Assembly (NCBI GenBank): GCA_049972095.1
Contig: JBMFKQ010000025.1
Span: 1-23,955, forward strand
Direction: 5' to 3'
Origin: Elusimicrobiales bacterium
Lineage (GTDB): Bacteria > Elusimicrobiota > Elusimicrobia > Elusimicrobiales > UBA9959
Length of the DNA stretch: 23,955 nucleotides
Shown here: positions 17,042 through 23,955 of the stretch, piece after piece
Layout of the letters: each line of letters begins with the position of its first letter
Numbering within the stretch: the stretch's first letter is position 1
The notes under the pieces: generated by a model
Database searches by the model: none
What the model was told of the DNA's origin: nothing
Seen by the model: only the letters and a program-made list of their open reading frames with translations
Made by a program: the position numbers and the translations under genes

Positions 17042-18466
17042 ATGAACATAAGAAGCATTGATTTTTTTAAAGAACTTCTAAGAAGTATAGTGGAAGAAAC
17101 ATCTGTTGGCAGTGTGACTCTTTTTGAGTATAGAGAAAGAGAAAATATCATAGACTCAATTCTAAGAATAAGGGGTGATATAATATCAGAGCATAGTGAA
17201 TACATATACATAAAAGATAGGGATGAGTTCTATGAGTCGGTTTTAAGAAAAGAAACCTTTATATCAAAAAAGGGAAGGATTGTCTTTGTTTACATACCTT
17301 TCGATGTGAGTGATGTTGAGGGTGAGGGAGGTAAGAGGTATATTTTTAGAATCGAAAGGTTTGATGGGAAAAGGTTTTCGATTAAGAATATATCAAAGGT
17401 GATCCAGATTATAAAATCCACAATGAATAACTACGCACGGCTCAGCTTTGATAATATGAGGGATGTATATAGCAAGGGGATAGGCATATCTGCTGCACTT
17501 GGTGGGATCTTCGGTAGAAGCATTAGAGAAAAGGATGCATTTAAGTTTATGATAAGGGAGCTTGAGAATCTTTTTAGTTTTGACAGAATAAGGATGTATA
17601 TAGTTGATGAGGAGAAAAATCTTCTCAAAGGGACTTATGCAGCTTATAGGACTGGGATTGTCTCAGACATATCCCATGAGGTAATGCCTATGATAAAGGG
17701 TGAATGTAGCCTTGTTGATGTTTTAATGTCAGAGAGTGATATTGTAATTAAAGAAGGTATAGCCTATCTTCCACTTAGGATTGATTATAAAAATAAAGGC
17801 CTTCTTGTTGCTGATAATCTTTTAAGCAGACTTGAGATAAATGGATATCATCTTAATATACTGAGGTCTTTTTCTTCTCTTATGGCTATTGCTTTTGAAA
17901 ATGTTTTTCTTTTTGAAAAGATTCAACGGATGTCTCTCTATGATGAGCTTACTGGACTTGCTTTGAGAAGATATTTTAATCAGAGGTTTCAGGAAGAGTT
18001 TTATAGAGCTGAGAGATTTTCTCAAAATCTTTCTGTCGTTTTTATAGATATAGACTATTTTAAAGAAATAAATGATAGCTATGGGCATCAAGTTGGTGAT
18101 GTTGTTCTTAAAGAGATAGCCAATACAATAAAAAGAAACCTTAGAAAGATTGATTTTCCTGTAAGATATGGGGGTGATGAGATAGTTATTCTTCTTCCTC
18201 AAAGCTGTGAGCTTGAAGCAATGGGACTTGCAAAAAGGCTTCTTGAGGCAGTTCGCTTGTTAAGAATAAACCTAAACAGATTCCAGATAGATAAAGAGAT
18301 AACACTAAGTATAAGTATTGGTATAGCAAGTTATCCTCAAGATGCAAAAACTATGCAAGAGCTTATAGCAAGGGCAGATGAAGCACTTTATTGGGTTAAG
18401 TCTCATGAAAAAAATGGGGTTATGAGCTATTCAATGATGAGAAAACTTTTGGGAAAACCGCTATAA
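17042..18466 (+). CDS. Diguanylate cyclase with GAF-like sensor region
   Basis: DELTGL, IDIDYFKEINDSYGHQVGD, RKID (RxxD I-site), RYGGDE, ISIGIA, ADEALY; GAF-like LPL....KGLLVADN upstream; no TM segment. Confidence 0.92.
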   Translation: MNIRSIDFFKELLRSIVEETSVGSVTLFEYRERENIIDSILRIRGDIISEHSEYIYIKDRDEFYESVLRKETFISKKGRIVFVYIPFDVSDVEGEGGKRYIFRIERFDGKRFSIKNISKVIQIIKSTMNNYARLSFDNMRDVYSKGIGISAALGGIFGRSIREKDAFKFMIRELENLFSFDRIRMYIVDEEKNLLKGTYAAYRTGIVSDISHEVMPMIKGECSLVDVLMSESDIVIKEGIAYLPLRIDYKNKGLLVADNLLSRLEINGYHLNILRSFSSLMAIAFENVFLFEKIQRMSLYDELTGLALRRYFNQRFQEEFYRAERFSQNLSVVFIDIDYFKEINDSYGHQVGDVVLKEIANTIKRNLRKIDFPVRYGGDEIVILLPQSCELEAMGLAKRLLEAVRLLRINLNRFQIDKEITLSISIGIASYPQDAKTMQELIARADEALYWVKSHEKNGVMSYSMMRKLLGKPL

Positions 18467-18485
18467 TAGGTCTTTTGTCCTATTA
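18464..18485. promoter_or_regulatory. Inverted repeat TAATAGG-N8-CCTATTA, possible operator or weak hairpin
   Basis: Read directly. TAGGTCTT also recurs at 18467 and 18491. Confidence 0.4.
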
Positions 18486-18496
18486 ACATTTAGGTC

Positions 18497-18525
18497 TTGC
18501 AGAGCTTGACCTTGCCTGCTATAAT
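18497..18525 (+). promoter_or_regulatory. Sigma70-type promoter of the clostripain-family gene
   Basis: TTGCAG - 17 bp - TATAAT with extended TG at 18517-18518. Confidence 0.65.
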
Positions 18526-18539
18526 GTTAAAGAAATAGT

Positions 18540-21500
18540 ATGAAGACGCTGATTTTTCTAGTTATTTATGGTTTTGCAACTCAGCTTAGAGCTGATGATC
18601 TTCTAACTGGATATTCCTTACTTATATCATCAGCATCAACACAAGCTCAACTTGAGCTTAATGTAAAACCATCATTTGAAAGGGCTCCTATTAAAGACAA
18701 ATACAAGACGCTTGTTTTTGTTTTTATGAATGGTGTTAATGATCTTGGGATTCTTAACTATTCTCTTTCTGATATAAATGAGATGGAGATGTTTGGCTCA
18801 ACAGATGATATGGCTGTTGTTGCTGAACATAACGCAATACTGTCTGATAGCCAAGGTTTTATAAGATTTTCTAAGGGTGCAAGCACATACTTTATTGAGA
18901 AAGATACATCTCCTACAGTTATATCAAGAGTTATAAGCTATACCCCTGATGGTGATATGGGAAGTGCGAGACATCTTGCAATATCTGCAAAGAAGGTTTT
19001 AAAAAGATTTAAACCAGATAGATTTATTATGATAGTATGGAACCATGGAAATGGATATTTTGGTATAGCTTATGATGATGTCAGTGGTAATTCAATGAGT
19101 GTGAAGGATCTTTCCTATGCTCTTTCTGAGATAAGAGAGGCTTATGGTAGAAAGATAGATGTATTTGCTATGGATGCTTGTTTGATGCAGATGGCTGAGG
19201 TTGTTGCTGAGATAAAGGATTATGCCTCCTTCATTGTGGCAAGCGAGGAGCTTGTGCCTGGGCCTGGTTATCCTTACGATGATGTTCTTAAAGCTATTAG
19301 TATGACATCCTCAGCAAAGGATGCTGCTATTGGGATTGTTGATGCATACTACAATGCTTACTCTTCAGATAAGATGTCTGTTTTTGGGAGATATTATAGT
19401 AAGGATATTACTCTTAGTGTGATAGATACATCAAAATATCTCAATTTTATCTCATTATTGAACAGATGGGTTATGCTTGCAACAAAATCATCCGATTTTC
19501 AGATAATTACATCATCTTCAGTTAAAGAAAATATTTTCTTTTTTAGTGGTATCGGATTAGAAATTGACGGAGTTATGACAAGAAGTGCCGATCTCGTTGA
19601 TTATCTTGAGATGGCAAGATCAAGAATGAAGGATGAATCTCTCAAAGATGAAACATCAGGTCTTATTGATTTTGTTAAAAACAAACTTGTTATTTATCAT
19701 AAGGCTGGAAATGTTCGAAACTTTCAGGAATTCTTATATAGTGATAGAACCCACGGTATTGCCATCTATCTTCCAAAACTAAGATACAATTCCCAGGTAT
19801 ATGAGGGGCTTAGGTTTTGCGAGGAATCTTTGTGGGATGAGTTTTTAAAAGGTGATCTTTCAGATGAGCTTAATCCTTCTTTATATAGCTATCACATTGG
19901 TATTAATGTAGAAAGAAAGGATGAGGAGGATAAAGTTATAGAGGATGAGAGAAAAACTTTAAGGGTTGTCTCTGGAGTTGATAAGAAAAATCTCTCAGTT
20001 TTTGAAAAAGAAGATAAAGCAGATAATATAGCCAGTTTAAAAACATTGGATAATGAAAAACAAAGAGAGAGAAAATTGCTGGATAAATCAAATTACCCAA
20101 ACATATATTCAACTTCATATACAACGACGAAAACACTTGTCCCAACAAAAGAGAGTCTGCTTGAGTTATCAGGGATTGAAAAATCAAAGTTATTGAAAGG
20201 TTCTTTGGATAAAACTGCTAAAAAGAAAGAACAGATTTCTTCTGATACATCCTTGTTGCTTAAAAATGTTGTTGAAAAATCCAAAGAAACTGCCAAGATA
20301 CTTCTTGCAAGTGTTTCTGATGAAGCAAAGAGAATTAAAGATGTTTTTTTTGAGGACAAAAATGAGAAAGATAGATATCTTGATATCCTTAATAAGTTTG
20401 AGGTTGAAATAACAACAAATATGAGTGTTGAGTTTTCAAAGAAACTTTTTGATGATCCAAAACTTCAAAAAAATCTTATAAAGGTTGATAGAAATAGAGC
20501 CTCAAAGCTTATTTCATATTCAGCATCCATAATTGAGCTTGACAGAATGCTTTCAAAAGACTATAGTGATGGTGATGTTAATGTTTTAAGCAGTTATCTC
20601 TCATCAACCCTTGACAGATCAAGTCAGATATGTGAGCTTGGAATATGTGTTCCACCTGAGAATCTTGTTGAGAAAATGATGAGGAAAAATGCTGGGAGGT
20701 ATGATCTTTCTAAAATTACCTTTACTGAAAAGGCAATAAGAAAATGGGAATATATATTCAGTGATGAGGCATATTTCTTTAAGTGGGGTCAGGCAAGAGG
20801 TGTAAAAGTTTCATCTCAAACATGGTTAAATATGAGTGTTAAAGAAAGAAATGCCTCTCTTAGCCGGATAGTTAGTGGCCAGCTTGAAAGTGGCACAACT
20901 GTGCTTATTAGTTTAACCCCTGCGATTCGTAATGAGAAGGAAAAGAAGGATAATCTTAAGGTTGCAGTAGGTAATGTAGAAAAGGCTCTTCTTGAAAAGG
21001 GTTTTCTTAAAGATTATGAGATCAAAGCATTAGAGAAAAAATCGCTTGAAGAGCAGGCATACATCCTTGCTAATCTCTTTGATAGAAGTGGAATTAAAAC
21101 TAACAGTCAGCTTTCAAGGGAGATTGCTGTTATTAATGCTAATAGAACATCTTTTATAAATGAGGTTATAGATCAGAAAAACAGAGCAATACTTTCAAAT
21201 TACATCTCAAACAATATAAAAAACGAGCTTGCATCATCAAAAACCGCTTCTGATTTGTATTCTAAACTTTATTCCAAAAAGACACCATCTATTCTTGTTG
21301 ACTACACAGGCAAAAAAGACAGCATCTCTGATGGAAACAGAATTGTTGTTGATGCCTCTCTTATAGAGCAGTATATGAGAGTAAGAGGATATAGCGTTGA
21401 TAATCTGAAGGATGAGAAGGTTAGAAAAGAGATACTTGCATATATCTCACCACTTATTGTTAAAGAGATGGCTTCAATGTATATTGCTTTGAAGAATAAA

Positions 21501-21980
21501 GATTCCTCTTTTGATGTTAGGGAAAAGTATGCATCAGCATTACTTTATGAGGCAAGGTATATAGAAGAGAATAGAGCTCTTAAGGATATATTTTCTCCTC
21601 TTCATGGATATGTTGACTATGCCGATAGAGTTGATGCACTGAAAAGGCTTTACAGAACATCTGATAATAACTATGACTTTATCCAAAGGGTTGGTTTGAG
21701 ATACTATTCAAATCTTCCATCAGCCTCTGTTGCAAGGTCAGAGATGCTTTCAGCTGTGACAAATGAGTTAGAAAAAAGAGCAAGGATGTCAGCTAATGAA
21801 AGAAAGAAGGCAGATGAGTATGCAATATTCACATATGCTGATGTATCAAAACTTACACCTTTTGAGATAGCAGCTCATGCCTCATCATTTACAACAGATG
21901 CACTTCTTAAACTCCAGCAAGCACTTTTGTCTCAGAATAACTTTGCATCATTTTATGATAAAATGATATCATCTCTTTAA
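18540..21980 (+). CDS. Large exported clostripain-family (peptidase C11) protein with a long uncharacterised C-terminal region
   Basis: Signal-like N-terminus; FMNGVNDL, DINEME..GS, DMG, IVWNHGNG (His), MDACLM (Cys), ASEELVPGPGYPY, TLSVID, DLVD, GIAIYLP; about 700 further aa follow. Confidence 0.85.
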   Translation: MKTLIFLVIYGFATQLRADDLLTGYSLLISSASTQAQLELNVKPSFERAPIKDKYKTLVFVFMNGVNDLGILNYSLSDINEMEMFGSTDDMAVVAEHNAILSDSQGFIRFSKGASTYFIEKDTSPTVISRVISYTPDGDMGSARHLAISAKKVLKRFKPDRFIMIVWNHGNGYFGIAYDDVSGNSMSVKDLSYALSEIREAYGRKIDVFAMDACLMQMAEVVAEIKDYASFIVASEELVPGPGYPYDDVLKAISMTSSAKDAAIGIVDAYYNAYSSDKMSVFGRYYSKDITLSVIDTSKYLNFISLLNRWVMLATKSSDFQIITSSSVKENIFFFSGIGLEIDGVMTRSADLVDYLEMARSRMKDESLKDETSGLIDFVKNKLVIYHKAGNVRNFQEFLYSDRTHGIAIYLPKLRYNSQVYEGLRFCEESLWDEFLKGDLSDELNPSLYSYHIGINVERKDEEDKVIEDERKTLRVVSGVDKKNLSVFEKEDKADNIASLKTLDNEKQRERKLLDKSNYPNIYSTSYTTTKTLVPTKESLLELSGIEKSKLLKGSLDKTAKKKEQISSDTSLLLKNVVEKSKETAKILLASVSDEAKRIKDVFFEDKNEKDRYLDILNKFEVEITTNMSVEFSKKLFDDPKLQKNLIKVDRNRASKLISYSASIIELDRMLSKDYSDGDVNVLSSYLSSTLDRSSQICELGICVPPENLVEKMMRKNAGRYDLSKITFTEKAIRKWEYIFSDEAYFFKWGQARGVKVSSQTWLNMSVKERNASLSRIVSGQLESGTTVLISLTPAIRNEKEKKDNLKVAVGNVEKALLEKGFLKDYEIKALEKKSLEEQAYILANLFDRSGIKTNSQLSREIAVINANRTSFINEVIDQKNRAILSNYISNNIKNELASSKTASDLYSKLYSKKTPSILVDYTGKKDSISDGNRIVVDASLIEQYMRVRGYSVDNLKDEKVRKEILAYISPLIVKEMASMYIALKNKDSSFDVREKYASALLYEARYIEENRALKDIFSPLHGYVDYADRVDALKRLYRTSDNNYDFIQRVGLRYYSNLPSASVARSEMLSAVTNELEKRARMSANERKKADEYAIFTYADVSKLTPFEIAAHASSFTTDALLKLQQALLSQNNFASFYDKMISSL

Positions 21981-21989
21981 GGGGTTATA

Positions 21990-22529
21990 ATGAAAGGAAT
22001 AATAGTTTTTTTTCTAATAGCTCAGTTCTTAGGTGCCGCAGGGTATAGAACATATAAAATGGACATGGATTTTTTCCGCTGCCTTATACCATCTGACTGG
22101 AAGATAGAAAGGGATGCTGATAAGGATAAACAAAGCTCCATTTATAAACTGGTTTTGATCCATCCATCAAACCCGAAGGTTAGCATAACCTTGAAATACT
22201 ATACTGCTAACTCTGGTAAGAATTATAAAGATTTTATAGAAAAAAACTCAAAGACCGAGGATGGTAAGCTTGAAGGGCCTAATGAAAGGTATGAGAATGT
22301 TAAGGAGATAAAGATATCTCAGAGAAAGGCTTTTGAGATAAACAGAAGATTAAAGGAGTTTGAGTCTGTTGAGTTAAAATCTGATTACTACTGGCTTAAA
22401 GAAAGAATAATAGTTGTTCCTGCAAAGAAGGGTTTTTACACCCTTACCTTCTCATGTGATGAGAAGATTTTCTCAAAAATACTTCCCATCTTTGAAAATG
22501 TTGTAAGATCTTTTAGAATGCTTTACTGA
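21990..22529 (+). CDS. Exported hypothetical protein, possibly PsbP/Mog1-like fold
   Basis: Signal peptide; F...IPSDW start and FYTLTF...F....PIFENVVRSF end are typical of PsbP-like proteins. Confidence 0.5.
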   Translation: MKGIIVFFLIAQFLGAAGYRTYKMDMDFFRCLIPSDWKIERDADKDKQSSIYKLVLIHPSNPKVSITLKYYTANSGKNYKDFIEKNSKTEDGKLEGPNERYENVKEIKISQRKAFEINRRLKEFESVELKSDYYWLKERIIVVPAKKGFYTLTFSCDEKIFSKILPIFENVVRSFRMLY

Positions 22530-22535
22530 CTGGCT

Positions 22536-23837
22536 TTACAGAAGATCTGTAACAAGCCTTGCAAGCTGGCTTCTTTCAGTCTTTGTAAAGATCATATGAC
22601 CATATAGGCTTTGTCCTTTGAATCTATCTACTATGTATGTAAGTCCATTTGACTCTATATCAAGATAGGGGTTGTCTATCTGATAAGGATCTCCTGTCAC
22701 CACTACCTTTGTTCCTTCCCCCGCCCTTGAGAGTATAGTTTTAATCTCATGTGGAGTTAAATTTTGAGCATCATCAACTATCATAAACTGTTTTGGAAGA
22801 GATCTCCCTCTTATGTGTGTTACTGATGCTATTTCAAGCTTATTTTGTTGAAGCAGATAATCAAATTTGAAAACTCCTTCCTCTGGATGTTTTCTGTCTA
22901 TTATAAACTCAAGATTGTCATATATCGCACCCATCCAACTCTGAAGTTTTTCTTCTTTGCTTCCCGGCAGATATCCTATATCCCTTCCAACTGGAACCAC
23001 AGATCTACAGACAACAACTCTTCTATATGTGTTTGTATCAACTGTCTTATGAAGCCCACATGCAAGGGATATAAGTGTTTTACCTGTTCCTGCAATGCCA
23101 ACAAGGGTTACAAGCTTTACATAATCATCAAGCAAAAGCTCCATTGCAAACCTCTGCTCTTTGTTAAGCGGTTTTATTCCCCAGGGTGATTGTTCATTAG
23201 CAAGTGCTTTTATAATTGATATATTATCATAAGGAATTCTTCCCATTGCTGTTTTCTTTTCGTTTGATTCAGATTTTAAGATTACAAACTCATTAGGATA
23301 TGATTCTTTAAGAGGGTTTTTAATAAACTTGTTATGATAAAACTCATCGATGATACTGTCTTTAACTGTGAGTGAAACAACACCTGTATAGAGCTCTGAA
23401 AAGTTTATCTTTCCGCTTTCATAATCCTCAGCCTTAAGTCCAAGTGCCTGGGCTTTTAACCTTAAGTTTATATCCTTAGTTACTAAAATTGCATTTTTGT
23501 TTTTTCTGCTGTAGTAATATGCAGTATTTAAAATTCTGTTATCAGCTATGTTTTTTGAAAAGCTATCTGGAAGTATGAAATCTCTTTCCATTTCTATCTT
23601 TATAATTCCGCCATCCTTTGTTTTTACTCCTTTGTCAAGTCTCCCAATATTTCTAAGCTTGTCAAGCTCTCTTGAAACTATCCTTACATTCTTGCCTCGC
23701 TCATCAGCATAGTTCTTAAAGATATCAAGCTCTTCTATAACGGCAATTGGAAGTATTACTGTGTTATCCTCAAATTTAAGAAAAGAAAAAGGGTCGTGTA
23801 TCAAAACATTTGTGTCAAGTATGTATATTTTTTTCAT
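22536..23837 (-). CDS. PIN-PhoH (PhoH2/YlaK-like) protein
   Basis: PIN: ILDTNVLIHDP, EELD, DNRIL, TKDINLR. PhoH: GIAGTGKT (Walker A), GYLPG, RGRS, DDAQN, GDPYQID, RS.LA. Confidence 0.92.
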   Translation of the reverse strand: MKKIYILDTNVLIHDPFSFLKFEDNTVILPIAVIEELDIFKNYADERGKNVRIVSRELDKLRNIGRLDKGVKTKDGGIIKIEMERDFILPDSFSKNIADNRILNTAYYYSRKNKNAILVTKDINLRLKAQALGLKAEDYESGKINFSELYTGVVSLTVKDSIIDEFYHNKFIKNPLKESYPNEFVILKSESNEKKTAMGRIPYDNISIIKALANEQSPWGIKPLNKEQRFAMELLLDDYVKLVTLVGIAGTGKTLISLACGLHKTVDTNTYRRVVVCRSVVPVGRDIGYLPGSKEEKLQSWMGAIYDNLEFIIDRKHPEEGVFKFDYLLQQNKLEIASVTHIRGRSLPKQFMIVDDAQNLTPHEIKTILSRAGEGTKVVVTGDPYQIDNPYLDIESNGLTYIVDRFKGQSLYGHMIFTKTERSQLARLVTDLL

Positions 23838-23839
23838 AT

Positions 23840-23848
23840 CCTCCTCCT
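23840..23848 (-). promoter_or_regulatory. Shine-Dalgarno site of the PIN-PhoH gene
   Basis: AGGAGGAGG on the minus strand just before ATG 23837. Confidence 0.7.
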
Positions 23849-23955
23849 TTTTTAAAAAATAAAATCACAACTAAATTTTGTGTTAGATAAAAATATCATG
23901 TCATCGTAATATATTCTATTAGATTTAAATTATGTCATCAAGCGACCAATTCAAT

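Noticed and set aside
317..23189. Many short alternative ORFs in the track (e.g. 317-547, 1224-1556, 3257-3619, 7741-8232, 13748-14338, 17822-18202, 22845-23189)
   Set aside because: They overlap well-supported genes on the opposite strand or in another frame and show no recognisable motifs; treated as shadow ORFs.
22536..23837. PIN domain as the toxin of a toxin-antitoxin or defence system
   Set aside because: The PIN-PhoH fusion is a widespread family and no antitoxin gene is visible in the window.
23883..23955. Imperfect direct repeat (TTAGAT...ATGTCATC twice) and a possible gene start at 23932 (MSSSDQFN)
   Set aside because: Short, AT-rich and cut by the window edge; cannot be supported.

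Overview
AT-rich, densely coded bacterial chromosomal segment. It looks diderm (ADP-heptose adenylyltransferase, EnvC, CtpA), and heavy AGA/AGG/ATA codon use would fit a thermophile, but the taxon cannot be fixed from sequence alone. Order: a short foreign-looking piece at the left edge (end of a probable peptidase-S74/tail-fibre chaperone gene, seven tandem GTGGWNN heptamers, a truncated four-helix-bundle gene); minus-strand thioesterase and divergent alanine-racemase-family gene; then a long plus-strand run of mtnP, cdd, atypical accB-like gene, Zn-ribbon/TPR membrane protein, accC, rfaE2, serine-palmitoyltransferase-like PLP enzyme, ceramide-synthase-like GNAT, degenerate HD-GYP, receiver protein, J-domain protein, ftsX-like, envC, ctpA, tsaD, signal-less solute-binding-fold protein, GAF-GGDEF cyclase, 1146-aa clostripain-family protein and a small exported protein; finally a convergent PIN-PhoH gene. 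The best candidate for an unexpected system is the Spt + GNAT pair (putative bacterial ceramide/sphingolipid synthesis). Next is the putative cytoplasmic binding protein + diguanylate cyclase pair. All family calls come from motif recognition by eye, not from database searches. No rRNA, tRNA, CRISPR array or intact mobile element was seen.
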